Source of the DNA: Oscillospiraceae bacterium
GTDB taxonomy: Bacteria; Bacillota; Clostridia; Oscillospirales; Oscillospiraceae
Direction: 5' to 3'
Length of the DNA stretch: 64,000 nucleotides
Assembly (NCBI GenBank): GCA_045595025.1
Contig: JAZNZR010000087.1
Span: 1,066-65,065, forward strand
Position numbers and translations under genes: made by a program. Positions 1 to 7,917 of this stretch are shown here, in pieces (the first letter of the stretch is position 1; each line of letters opens with the position of its first letter). The notes beneath the pieces were generated by a model. It was not told the DNA's origin. It did not search any database and saw only the letters and a program-made list of their open reading frames with translations.

Positions 1-534
1 ATGCATAATGTTCACAAACTGAATATAAAACCTGTTATGGGATGCCGCTGCCACGCGAAGGTGGAACAAATCGTCAAGCTCCAGCATCTCAGCAAGCAGC
101 TTATCTCCCGCAATATAGGCAGGCACTGCCGCCTCCATCAGTTCAATCGCTTCCAGTATCGCCGAGATATCCTCAGACACCGCGTTGCGGGCGGCAAGTC
201 TGGCGCTTGTTCCCTCCACCATTCCTCGGGTCTCAAAAAGGTCATCCGCAAGGCTTCGGTCAAGGGCAGTGTTCGTGCGCAGTATCTGTCCCAAAACCTG
301 AAGGTTGGACTCGGCAATGTAGTTGCCCTCGCCGTGGCGTTTCTCCACGATCCCCATAAGGGAAAGGGCGCTGATCGCCTCCCTGAGGGGCACACGGGAA
401 ATGCCAAGCTGTTCAGCGAACTCCCGTTCTCCGGGAAGTCGGTCTCCCTGCTTCAGCTCTCCCCTCTCGATAAGCTCAAGAATGTGGTCAGCCACCTGTC
501 GGCTGACGCTTGTTTTTTGTATCGTGTTCGGCAT
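1..534 (-). CDS. GntR/FadR-family transcriptional regulator (partial; C-terminus lies left of the window)
   Basis: Not in the supplied ORF track because it runs off the window edge. Hand translation of the reverse strand from ATG 534: MPNTIQKTSVSRQVADHILELIERGELKQGDRLPGEREFAEQLGISRVPLREAISALSLMGIVEKRHGEGNYI... This is a GntR winged-helix N-domain followed by a helical FadR-type C-domain, open in frame to position 1. The 245-aa + strand ORF 1..738 is its antisense shadow. Confidence 0.8.
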   Translation of the reverse strand, partial: MPNTIQKTSVSRQVADHILELIERGELKQGDRLPGEREFAEQLGISRVPLREAISALSLMGIVEKRHGEGNYIAESNLQVLGQILRTNTALDRSLADDLFETRGMVEGTSARLAARNAVSEDISAILEAIELMEAAVPAYIAGDKLLAEMLELDDLFHLRVAAASHNRFYIQFVNIMH

Positions 535-758
535 AAGCACCTCCACAGAAGTGTTGCTGGTATAGTGGTATTACCAGTATACCAATGTCGCTGTTTTGTG
601 TCAAATATTTTTAGAGCATTTTTGCATGTCCAAATACAGATTTTTTTGTATTCCGCCCTCCCCCTGCCCTGCGCCTTGTTGAAAATCGGGCAAAATTTAA
701 GGGAGCGGCATAAGCGCTGCCGCTCCCTTATAATTTAAGAAAATTATTAAATTTAGTA

Positions 759-787
759 TTGACATTTGTGGCTTTGTTTGCTAATAT
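759..787 (+). promoter_or_regulatory. sigma-A type promoter for tRNA-Ala
   Basis: TTGACA (759-764), 17-nt spacer, TAATAT (782-787), about 30 nt upstream of the tRNA 5' end. Confidence 0.5.
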
Positions 788-820
788 ACCTCTTGCAGTC
801 TGACCTGCGCAACAAAATAT

Positions 821-896
<76 letters not shown>

Positions 897-898
897 GA

Positions 899-941
899 AA
901 CGCCTCAAAATCTTCGGATTTTGAAGCGTTTTCTTTTATTT
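899..941 (+). terminator. Rho-independent terminator of tRNA-Ala
   Basis: Stem AACGCCTCAAAATC / GATTTTGAAGCGTT (13 of 14 bp) with a TTCG tetraloop (913-916), followed by TTCTTTTATTTT. Confidence 0.85.
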
Positions 942-1001
942 TCCGCGGTTTTTCCATTTAAAAGTTCGGCTTTTCAGGGGTGGTTGCGCACCCCGCAACT
1001 T

Positions 1002-1034
1002 TTTGACCCAGAATTTACCCCGATTTGACCCAGA
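1002..1034. repeat. Perfect 11-bp direct repeat TTTGACCCAGA x2; candidate arm-type recombinase/Xis sites
   Basis: TTTGACCCAGA at 1002-1012 and 1024-1034, start-to-start 22 bp (two helical turns), between the tRNA terminator and the int stop codon. Confidence 0.4.
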
Positions 1035-1076
1035 TTAGGATGAAACACAGTGGAAAATTTGGCATAAAAAATGTGA

Positions 1077-2201
1077 TTACTCGCCCTCCTCTGGGCTTTT
1101 TTCTTCCTCGAAAACCACAAATGTGTCGCTGAATCTGGCCACAGCATCCTTTTTAATAGGATCCTGCACATGGAGATAGTGCTGCGTCATGTCGATTTCG
1201 GCGTGACCTACGATACTTTTTATAGTCTCCAGATCTACTCCAAGTCCCTGTAGCTGAGAAACATAGGTGTGTCTGCAGCTGTGGGGCGTCAGCACCCTAA
1301 CTCCTTCAACTTGGCGGATAGCCTCCTTGAACTGCCTCTGGAAGTAGGACGGGTTGCAGGGTTGATCCTTCACCCCTGCCTCCCAGATAAATTTGTCATC
1401 TGTCTCTCGCAGCCGTTTAGCACAATACTGAAGCTTGGGCGGTACCGGAATTCTGCGGTAGCTGTCCTTGGACTTAGGCGGGCCAATTGCCACGCCCCCC
1501 TTTATGCGAACAAGGGCTTGACGAATCTCGATAACCGAACCATCCTCCGCAATGTGCCTCGGTTCAAGGGCCAGTATTTCCTGAGACCTCATGCCGGTGC
1601 CAAGCATAAGTCGAATGCTCATCCCAATGCGATCCTGTGGCAATCTTGCCATAAGGAGTCTTATTTCCTCCGCGGAAAATGTCTCCTTTTCCTTGGGAGG
1701 GTTTAATGAACGCATTTTGTCTGCGTATCGCACAGGGTTTTTGTGGACGAGATCGTTGGCCTCGGCCTTATTGAAAATTTGGAACAGCATGCCGCGGCAC
1801 TGAGCAACTCCAGAGTCCGAGCGACCTTCAGCACGCAGCCTTTTGAGAAACTGCTCAATGTGCATAGCCTTTACATCTCCAAGCTTCCACCGACCGAACT
1901 CATTCTTCAGTATTCGGAGAGTGTATCTGTAGCCCTCCTTGGTCGTGGCGCTGACATCTGTGTGGTTTTCAAACCATATGTCCGCCCATTGAGCAAAGGT
2001 ATAGTTCTTGCTCATGTCAAGGCCAGCTTCCTTCCCTTTCAAATACTCCTTGACTCTGCTCTTCACCTCACTTTGAGTTTTACCATAAAAAGATATGACT
2101 CTGGGCCTTCCGTCATCCTGACGTCCATCCGTCATGCGACACTCCCAGCGTCCATCCGGTCTGCGGCGAAGGTTTCCTTCGCCGTTCATTCTTTTTGCCA
2201 T
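1077..2201 (-). CDS. int: Tyrosine recombinase / phage-type integrase
   Basis: 374 aa. C-terminal catalytic region ...LTPHSCRHTYVSQLQGLGVDLETIKSIVGHAEIDMTQHYLH (HxxR ... H ... Y pattern). N-terminal SAM-like domain. Adjacent to the tRNA. Confidence 0.93.
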   Translation of the reverse strand: MAKRMNGEGNLRRRPDGRWECRMTDGRQDDGRPRVISFYGKTQSEVKSRVKEYLKGKEAGLDMSKNYTFAQWADIWFENHTDVSATTKEGYRYTLRILKNEFGRWKLGDVKAMHIEQFLKRLRAEGRSDSGVAQCRGMLFQIFNKAEANDLVHKNPVRYADKMRSLNPPKEKETFSAEEIRLLMARLPQDRIGMSIRLMLGTGMRSQEILALEPRHIAEDGSVIEIRQALVRIKGGVAIGPPKSKDSYRRIPVPPKLQYCAKRLRETDDKFIWEAGVKDQPCNPSYFQRQFKEAIRQVEGVRVLTPHSCRHTYVSQLQGLGVDLETIKSIVGHAEIDMTQHYLHVQDPIKKDAVARFSDTFVVFEEEKSPEEGE

Positions 2202-2288
2202 GTTACTTTCCTTTCCTCCGGCAACAAAGGCTTTCGCCTTTTCAGGCTATCACAGCCTCTAAGAAATGTAAAATGTACGAAGCAATTA

Positions 2289-2489
2289 TTAAGAGGAGAT
2301 CTGTGCTTCCATCCACTCTTTAAATCTGTCCTTGGGAACTACCATACGCTTGCCGATGTGTATTGTGGGAAAGCCTTTTGCGTGCATGAGCGTGTAGGCG
2401 TTGGCCCGAGAGATACCTAACACCTGTGCCACCTGTACGGCGCACAGAGTCAGGGGAAGCTGATCATAGGATGTAAGACAACTTTTCAT
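2289..2489 (-). CDS. xis: Excisionase-type HTH DNA-binding protein
   Basis: 66 aa. VQVAQVLGISRANAYTLMHAKGFPTIHIGKRMVVPKDRFKEWM matches the excisionase/MerR-like HTH_17 pattern. Directly upstream of int. Confidence 0.75.
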   Translation of the reverse strand: MKSCLTSYDQLPLTLCAVQVAQVLGISRANAYTLMHAKGFPTIHIGKRMVVPKDRFKEWMEAQISS

Positions 2490-2492
2490 TCT

Positions 2493-2918
2493 TTACGCCC
2501 CTCCTTTTATTGCCGCCCGTTTTGATGCGGCTTTTCTTATTTTATTATTAAATACCGCAGGGCTAATTCCTACGCTTACAGCAAGGGCCCTGTCCACACT
2601 ATTCAGAAATTCGTTGTCAGCCGTACCTACATAGGCAGAGAGGCTTTCTTTGTCAATGGTGAAAATCTGCTCCAACAGCAGCATCGAAACCTGTGTTAGA
2701 CCGAATCTTGATCCTATTATTAAATGCGTGGGCTGACGGAGTTTCTTTATCTCGGTAGTTATAGCCGCCACTATGAGGGTTGGAGAATGTCGGTTGCCTG
2801 TATCGTTCTGGATCACCATGGCGGGGCGAAATCCGTGCATTACAGAACCTAGCTGGTTGCCGAAATCCACATAGTAGATATCACCCCTTCTTATTTGCGA
2901 AAACTTAATCTCGTCCAT
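2493..2918 (-). CDS. mazF: MazF/EndoA (PemK) family endoribonuclease toxin
   Basis: Start moved to ATG 2918 (AAGGCAGGGG upstream). The 196-aa track ORF is an upstream extension overlapping gene 2920..3114. RGDIYYVDFG..GSVMHGFRPAMVIQNDTGNRHSPTLIVAAITTEIKK.RQPTHL...LLLEQIFTIDK follows the B. subtilis EndoA pattern closely. There is an extra ~25-aa basic C-terminal tail. Confidence 0.8.
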   Translation of the reverse strand: MDEIKFSQIRRGDIYYVDFGNQLGSVMHGFRPAMVIQNDTGNRHSPTLIVAAITTEIKKLRQPTHLIIGSRFGLTQVSMLLLEQIFTIDKESLSAYVGTADNEFLNSVDRALAVSVGISPAVFNNKIRKAASKRAAIKGGA

Positions 2919-2919
2919 G

Positions 2920-3114
2920 TCAGCCCCTGCCTTCGTAGGTGCAGATTGAGAAATCATATCCCCATCGTGTCCTGCATAGATCACACTTGTCCATAGAGTC
3001 CTGAAGGGGATCGCTTCTATAAATCCTTCTCGTTGCAGAGTTGAAGAAGTGAGTTGCACAAAGTGGGCACAGGCAGATTTCAAAGCGGCTGGTGCGTCTT
3101 GTTGTGTTTCCCAT
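2920..3114 (-). CDS. Small Cys-rich (zinc-ribbon-like) protein, middle gene of the mazF operon
   Basis: ATG 3114 is preceded by GGAGGT with a 6-nt spacer. Its TGA (2922-2920) is 1 nt from the mazF ATG. Pattern CxCxxC ... CxxC ... C. Function unknown. Confidence 0.45.
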   Translation of the reverse strand: MGNTTRRTSRFEICLCPLCATHFFNSATRRIYRSDPLQDSMDKCDLCRTRWGYDFSICTYEGRG

Positions 3115-3129
3115 AGTCACACCTCCGCC

Positions 3130-3330
3130 TCAACAGTAGAGACTGCAGCTGTCAAGCTGATCATCATATCTGCAGCAGCCGTTACATTTCTCAGCAAAAT
3201 GAGCTTCCGCCTTGGGCCTTGCTATGATTCTACCTCGCTCTCTGGATACAACAAATATATCCTCACCATCAGGGTTAAAAGCATACAGCAGTTCGCTGGG
3301 TACGAGCAATATTATCTTTTTTCTTTTCAT
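3130..3330 (-). CDS. AbrB/MazE/SpoVT-like putative antitoxin with Cys-rich tail
   Basis: 66 aa with an AAGGAGG SD. KIILLVPSELLYAFNPDGEDIFVVSRERGRIIARPK resembles the swapped-hairpin AbrB-type DNA-binding pattern. The last 18 aa carry 6 Cys (CNGCCRYDDQLDSCSLYC). Its stop is followed directly by the SD of the next gene. Confidence 0.5.
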   Translation of the reverse strand: MKRKKIILLVPSELLYAFNPDGEDIFVVSRERGRIIARPKAEAHFAEKCNGCCRYDDQLDSCSLYC

Positions 3331-3674
3331 TGTGTTTCCTCCTTGAAACTATGTAGGCGCTTGTAACTTCAGCTAATGATCACTACTGCAGCTCATGGTC
3401 ATTAGATCAGGTTGCAAACGCAAGGCCCGGTCCACCGGGCCTTGCAATTATCACATCGTCAGTCTGTCCATATCCCGTTCCTACCCCTGGATCTCAGCAG
3501 CGTTACCTTCCGTTGGCGCGCTCATTTCATGGCGTCACTTTGCCCGGAGGATGTATCCAATATGGCTGATCATTTAGTTTTTCACCGTTGGGTGAACTGA
3601 CTGTTATTTTGTGTTCAGCTCCCAACCACGGGTTTAATTATAATTCCCCTTACATTAAATGTCCCGAGCAGCTG

Positions 3675-3713
3675 TGACCGATTTTCGCTTTTTATCGGTC
3701 AATTTTGACCGAT
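3675..3713. repeat. Three copies of the 8-mer TGACCGAT in alternating orientation
   Basis: TGACCGAT at 3675-3682, its reverse complement ATCGGTCA at 3694-3701, and TGACCGAT at 3706-3713, in a 600-bp non-coding gap upstream of the TA-xis-int gene string. Confidence 0.6.
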
Positions 3714-3842
3714 TCTACCAAACGCAGGAAAATGCAGCTTGCGATGTTTTCGCGCCCTCGAATGTGCGTTTCACAATTCACATTCTTCACAATAGGCGCT
3801 TTAATTGGATGATCGTCACCTGTTTCCTGTTGGGAAATCACG

Positions 3843-3886
3843 AAAAGGCGACACCCGTGCTTGAACCTAGGTGTCGCCTTTTTTAT
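3843..3886 (-). terminator. Rho-independent terminator (bidirectional shape) after the surface-protein gene
   Basis: 13-bp stem AAAAGGCGACACC / GGTGTCGCCTTTT flanked by A and T runs, 45 nt downstream of the stop at 3930. Confidence 0.8.
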
Positions 3887-3929
3887 CTTTTTCTATAATG
3901 GAACATTCTGTCTCGAAGTTAGAATGACA

Positions 3930-5483
3930 TCACCTGATTTTCATCATGCGCGCAAACTTACTGGTGACGATTACTGCTATGGTAATGGAGATCACAGCAA
4001 ATGCCACCAAAACGCTGATCCACCATTGTCCAGCTGTTTCGTGTTCCTCCTCTTCATTTTCTTCATCCAATGGTTGCACAATGTTGGTAGACACATCCAT
4101 CTCCACCTTATGCTTTTCACCCTGACTGTCAGTATAGCTAATTACACAGCTGCCTTGAACTTCTCCGTAATCGCTTTTATGTCCGTTCATAGAAAGGCTG
4201 CCGACATATATCTCTATATTTCCAGTGCCCGCTTCATCTGGGGCAATATCTCCAAGAAATAGTGTAGAGGTAGGGATAAGGCCGTCACAGTTTATGGCTA
4301 CACTAACATTCTGAAGAACACTTTTTCCTGTGTTAAAAACATTTATTGAAACAGGGACCTTTTCTCCGGCAACCATTTGTTCAGGTAGCTTTACCGGGTC
4401 GTACTCAATTTCCGCAGGCTGAACAATATGCACGAGAAAGTATCTGTTCTCGGCATACGAACCTCCGTATAGGTCAGCATACTCAAGTTTTACAAAGAAA
4501 GTCTGGTTCCCAGCTAACACTTCATTTGTTGCTCTTAGACAGAATGAAACGCTGGCAGTCTTTCCGCTGTCCAAATCTTCCATATGTATCACATTGTTGG
4601 TCTCAGCCGGAATGATACCTGTAACATCACTGCCATAGGAAAGAATGATGGATTTTGCCCGAAGAGAGCCAATATTCTCTATTTCTATATCCACTTTAAA
4701 GGTCTCTCCCCCGCCCACAGTGTCTGCACTGATATCACATGAGCGTATAAATAACTTGGGCGTTACTACTGCGGTTTTGCCTCCGCCACCCATATTCGGT
4801 GTTTCCATTACTGGGTCAGTGCCATCGTTTATCGTCACATATACAGTGAAGTCCTGCTTTATCTGGTTTCCAATAATATTTAGATAGCTAGCAGTAAGCT
4901 TAACTGCATATATACCGTTCAGTCTGCCGATATCAAGGGGGATATCAATCCGAAATAGATATACACCGTCTTCAAGCTTTTCTGTTTGGACGTAATTGCC
5001 AAACAGAAAAGGACTATCGTTTACGCTGCCTAAATCAACGGTTACTGTTACCTTGTCGTCAAAAGTGTCACCCAGCAAGGGCAATATTATCGTTACTATT
5101 CCGTCATGCAAGCTTGGAATGTAGCCTTGCTCATATGTTTTACCCATACCCTCATACAAGGTGGTGCTGTCGATTCTGAGCTGATCTGCGGCAGTATCCT
5201 GCTGTTCGGATGATGACGGCGTATTTGTGGATGAAGGAGGCTCAGTTGGTTCTGGCGAATCCGTAGGTGGGGGAGGTTCAGTTGGTTCCGTCGTATCTGT
5301 AGGGGCAGGGGATTCAGTCGGCTCTGGCGCATCTGTAGGTGCGAGACTCTCGGCGCTTTGCTGCTCCTCAGTTGAAATGGGAGTCTCATCCTTATTCTCT
5401 TCTGTCCCATCCGCGGCATAGACTGAAACGGTCAATGCAAGAATAACTACCGTTGCCAATATAAAGGCTAATACTCTCTTCAT
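3930..5483 (-). CDS. Cell-surface protein: signal peptide, Pro/Thr/Glu-rich linker, CARDB/COG1361-like beta domains, C-terminal TM anchor
   Basis: 517 aa. N-terminal MKRVLAFILATVVILALTVSVYA. C-terminal WWISVLVAFAVISITIAVIVTSKF + basic tail. Last gene of the ABC operon; its start is 2 nt after the ATPase stop. Confidence 0.7.
   Translation of the reverse strand: MKRVLAFILATVVILALTVSVYAADGTEENKDETPISTEEQQSAESLAPTDAPEPTESPAPTDTTEPTEPPPPTDSPEPTEPPSSTNTPSSSEQQDTAADQLRIDSTTLYEGMGKTYEQGYIPSLHDGIVTIILPLLGDTFDDKVTVTVDLGSVNDSPFLFGNYVQTEKLEDGVYLFRIDIPLDIGRLNGIYAVKLTASYLNIIGNQIKQDFTVYVTINDGTDPVMETPNMGGGGKTAVVTPKLFIRSCDISADTVGGGETFKVDIEIENIGSLRAKSIILSYGSDVTGIIPAETNNVIHMEDLDSGKTASVSFCLRATNEVLAGNQTFFVKLEYADLYGGSYAENRYFLVHIVQPAEIEYDPVKLPEQMVAGEKVPVSINVFNTGKSVLQNVSVAINCDGLIPTSTLFLGDIAPDEAGTGNIEIYVGSLSMNGHKSDYGEVQGSCVISYTDSQGEKHKVEMDVSTNIVQPLDEENEEEEHETAGQWWISVLVAFAVISITIAVIVTSKFARMMKIR
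5235..5342 (-). repeat. In-frame tandem repeat, 3 x 36 bp (12-aa units)
   Basis: APTDAPEPTESP / APTDTTEPTEPP / PPTDSPEPTEPP (aa 48-83 of the surface protein). Confidence 0.7.
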
Positions 5484-5484
5484 G

Positions 5485-6138
5485 CTATTTTTCCTCTCGT
5501 ATCATGCGCATTATTCCGGCATCCATTTCGCATACCGTATCGCAAAGCTCATCAATATCTCCTTGATTATGGCTGGCAAGCAGTATGGTCTTCCCTTCCG
5601 CTTTAAGCCCTTTAATCAGTTCACGCATCTGCGCTACAGCATACTTGTCCAGCCCGTTGAAGGGTTCGTCCAATATAAGCAGCGAAGGATCTTCCATAAT
5701 CGCCTGAGCAATACCCAGACGCTGACGCATCCCCAAAGAATACTTGCTGACCGGTTTCTTCATACGAGGATCAAGGCCAACACGCCTTATAGTCCGGCTT
5801 ATTTCCTTCAAGCCAATTTTCTTATTGAGAGAAGCAAGTATTTCAAGGTTCTTCACGCCAGTAAGAGTGGGAAGAAAACCGGGAGTCTCTATGATAATGC
5901 CCAAATCGGGAGGAAAGTCCACGTCAACCCCCACCCGGTATCCATTTACGATTATACTACCCTCGGTTGGGATCAAGAAGCCGCACATACATTTCATCAA
6001 AACAGTTTTTCCGCTACCATTATTGCCAATAATCCCGTGGATTTTTCCTTTTTCAAAGCTTCTGTTGACATTTTGAAGGACCATATCCTCCCCAAAAGAC
6101 TTTGAAACATTTTGCACCACAATAACAGTGTTTTCCAT
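5485..6138 (-). CDS. ABC transporter ATP-binding protein
   Basis: Start set at ATG 6138 (GGAGGG SD; upstream gene stops at 6141). Walker A GNNGSGKT, signature YSLGMRQRL, Walker B LLILDEP. Confidence 0.9.
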   Translation of the reverse strand: MENTVIVVQNVSKSFGEDMVLQNVNRSFEKGKIHGIIGNNGSGKTVLMKCMCGFLIPTEGSIIVNGYRVGVDVDFPPDLGIIIETPGFLPTLTGVKNLEILASLNKKIGLKEISRTIRRVGLDPRMKKPVSKYSLGMRQRLGIAQAIMEDPSLLILDEPFNGLDKYAVAQMRELIKGLKAEGKTILLASHNQGDIDELCDTVCEMDAGIMRMIREEK

Positions 6139-6140
6139 TA

Positions 6141-7034
6141 TCAGCCCTCCGTTCCTGTGAAGTAAAAGTTGTATTTTCGTATAGCCCGAAGCGACAGGAA
6201 GCAGAACAGGACAATCAATGTAATGAAGATGAGGTAAGTCTGCCACATACGCGGAAGCTTGTCATACCCGAAGTTATGCATGTGATAGGTAGCGTGATTC
6301 AAAGGGGATATCCATCCCATAACAACATTCGCTTTGTAAATCAGTTCTGAGGGCATATCGAAAACGGTTTTGATTACCTGAGGGTTCAACATGATACCAT
6401 ATAGCGAGAATACAAACACGCTTATCACTCCGCCCATCGTACCGCATTTTAAATTGAATAGAAGCATGATTGATACCATTAGCAGCGAATACAAAAGCAT
6501 TAGCAAAAAAATGGTCAATGTACACTCATAAGGTGTAGTCATTTCAAGAGTTTTGATAAGGGCAGGAAGCGCAACAGTCTCACCAGCTCCGGAATAGCCG
6601 AGAATTGCCGCCGTTTCAGACCACATATTTCCTACAAAGCTTTGCGCAGAGCAGACCATCGCAGTAGACAGTAGAACAAAGACAAGGTAGAAAAAGGTTG
6701 CCGACAGGACATAAACAATCTGGCCCATTATCCATATCTTGCGATCAATTCGCATCAAATAAAAAGGCGTGCCAGAGCTAATGAAAGGCATATCTGCGAA
6801 CAATAATATTAAAAGCATAGAGGAAAGCAGGATTGAATTTGCATCTCCGAAAGTCCAGACAAACGGCTCCAAAAACTGCATGATGGACTGATACTCTCTG
6901 GAAAAACGAACAGCCTTATCAGAGAGCAGGAAGCACAGGATAAAGCAAAGACAAAAGGTTATGATAATTCGGCTGTTTTTGTGCCACTGCCGATAGTTAT
7001 AAGCAGTGACTGCCAAAACATGCTTAAGTTTCAT
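6141..7034 (-). CDS. ABC-2-type permease-like polytopic membrane protein
   Basis: Multiple hydrophobic helices. ATG 7034 overlaps the upstream stop (ATGA). No motif beyond topology. Confidence 0.65.
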   Translation of the reverse strand: MKLKHVLAVTAYNYRQWHKNSRIIITFCLCFILCFLLSDKAVRFSREYQSIMQFLEPFVWTFGDANSILLSSMLLILLFADMPFISSGTPFYLMRIDRKIWIMGQIVYVLSATFFYLVFVLLSTAMVCSAQSFVGNMWSETAAILGYSGAGETVALPALIKTLEMTTPYECTLTIFLLMLLYSLLMVSIMLLFNLKCGTMGGVISVFVFSLYGIMLNPQVIKTVFDMPSELIYKANVVMGWISPLNHATYHMHNFGYDKLPRMWQTYLIFITLIVLFCFLSLRAIRKYNFYFTGTEG

Positions 7035-7792
7035 ATCTGAGCCAGCCTCCTTTTGACGACGTTCCAAAAGCACAGCACCGCGATAATCGTTAGTTCGAAT
7101 ACAAATACAATTACGCTAATGTTTCCGAATACCCACATCTCAGAGGGATTAATCCACTCCTTTGGGTAAAATACATACAAATTATCGAAGTACCGCTCAT
7201 AAAGGATGATATGTACATAGTAAAGAATAAAGGGGGAAGAATATGCCATGTATCGACTGCTTGTAATTGTTGCCAACAGCATCCCAATGATGGACCAAAA
7301 ACCACCCGATACACCGCAAAGCAGTAGTTGACTGAATAATTCTGAAAGAGTGTCTGTAAGTTTTATTCCTTCTGCAGCCGCTTCCATGGGAGTAAGCACA
7401 AGTGCGGCCAGGAAGTATGCAAGGCAGGCTCCTATAATCAACACAGCGCCTCCCGAGAATATACACGCAATAGTTTTTCCCGCAATATAGGCGTTTGCTG
7501 AAGTTCGTGGAAGATATTCTTTTATAAATCCGGATTTGAAATCATTTACTACGGAAGCTGTAAAAGGGAGTGCAGCCATGATTGGCAGAGCCATAATCAT
7601 TGTTTCTGATCTCAGCGATTCCATAATGCTTTTATGATGAAGGTTTGCTTCCAGCAAACCCGTCTCCCGCAAGGCTTTCATCAAATCTTGAACCGAGGAC
7701 AGCAACAGAAGAACAATTACCGCGGCAACAGCCAATAAAAAGCTCCGTCCTGTAAGGGCCTGTCTCACGGAGGCAGATATTGTTTTTACCAT
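7031..7792 (-). CDS. ABC-2-type permease-like membrane protein
   Basis: Start set at ATG 7792 (GAGAGGGGG SD). About 6 hydrophobic helices. First gene of the transporter operon. Confidence 0.65.
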   Translation of the reverse strand: MVKTISASVRQALTGRSFLLAVAAVIVLLLLSSVQDLMKALRETGLLEANLHHKSIMESLRSETMIMALPIMAALPFTASVVNDFKSGFIKEYLPRTSANAYIAGKTIACIFSGGAVLIIGACLAYFLAALVLTPMEAAAEGIKLTDTLSELFSQLLLCGVSGGFWSIIGMLLATITSSRYMAYSSPFILYYVHIILYERYFDNLYVFYPKEWINPSEMWVFGNISVIVFVFELTIIAVLCFWNVVKRRLAQI

Positions 7793-7841
7793 AGATGTGC
7801 CCCCTCTCATAAGCATTATCTTACAAGATCTCTGCAGAATT

Positions 7842-7872
7842 GTCGTTACCAGAACATTACCGTTTTATTACT
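7842..7872 (-). promoter_or_regulatory. Candidate OmpR-family response-regulator box (3 direct repeats, 11-bp register)
   Basis: The reverse strand reads AGTAATAAAACGGTAATGTTCTGGTAACGAC: GTAAT, GTAAT, GTAAC with starts 11 bp apart. It lies 50 nt upstream of ATG 7792 and is 30/31 identical to 9430-9460. Confidence 0.55.
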
Positions 7873-7911
7873 GAAAAACTGCAAAAGAGCAGCAACTTTT
7901 GTTGCTGCTCT
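7873..7911 (-). terminator. Rho-independent terminator after the lipoprotein gene
   Basis: Stem AGAGCAGCAAC / GTTGCTGCTCT with loop TTTT. On the reverse strand it is followed by TTTGCAGTTTTTC. Confidence 0.75.
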
Positions 7912-7917
7912 AATTAG

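Noticed and set aside
698-730. Perfect 13-bp hairpin TAAGGGAGCGGCA / TGCCGCTCCCTTA between the GntR start and the tRNA promoter.
   Set aside because: The structure is real, but it has no U tract on either strand and no gene ends next to it. I could not assign a function (terminator, operator or insulator), so it is not listed as a feature.
1-738. 245-aa + strand ORF, plus nested ORFs 42..359, 138..407 and 323..565.
   Set aside because: The translation is low-complexity and Arg/His/Cys-rich with no motifs. The opposite strand encodes a clean GntR/FadR regulator in a single frame with a proper ATG at 534, so these are antisense shadows.
2919-3083. N-terminal 55-aa extension of the MazF ORF (the 196-aa version).
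   Set aside because: The extension has no SD and overlaps a better-supported small gene (2920..3114) that has GGAGGT plus an ATG and stops 1 nt before ATG 2918. The MazF/EndoA homology begins right after M56.
3470-3495. CCATATCCCGTTCCTACCCC as a degenerate copy of the tRNA 3' end (GATCCCGCTTATCTCCACC), which would delimit a 2.6-kb int-xis-TA mini-element.
   Set aside because: Only ATCCCG and scattered positions match, which is too weak to call without a computed alignment score.
4096-4106. ATCTCCACC, a 9-nt match to the tRNA-Ala 3' end, as a possible attR core.
   Set aside because: It is only 9 nt, lies inside an intact CDS (3930..5483), and has no flanking similarity to the tRNA. It is most likely chance.
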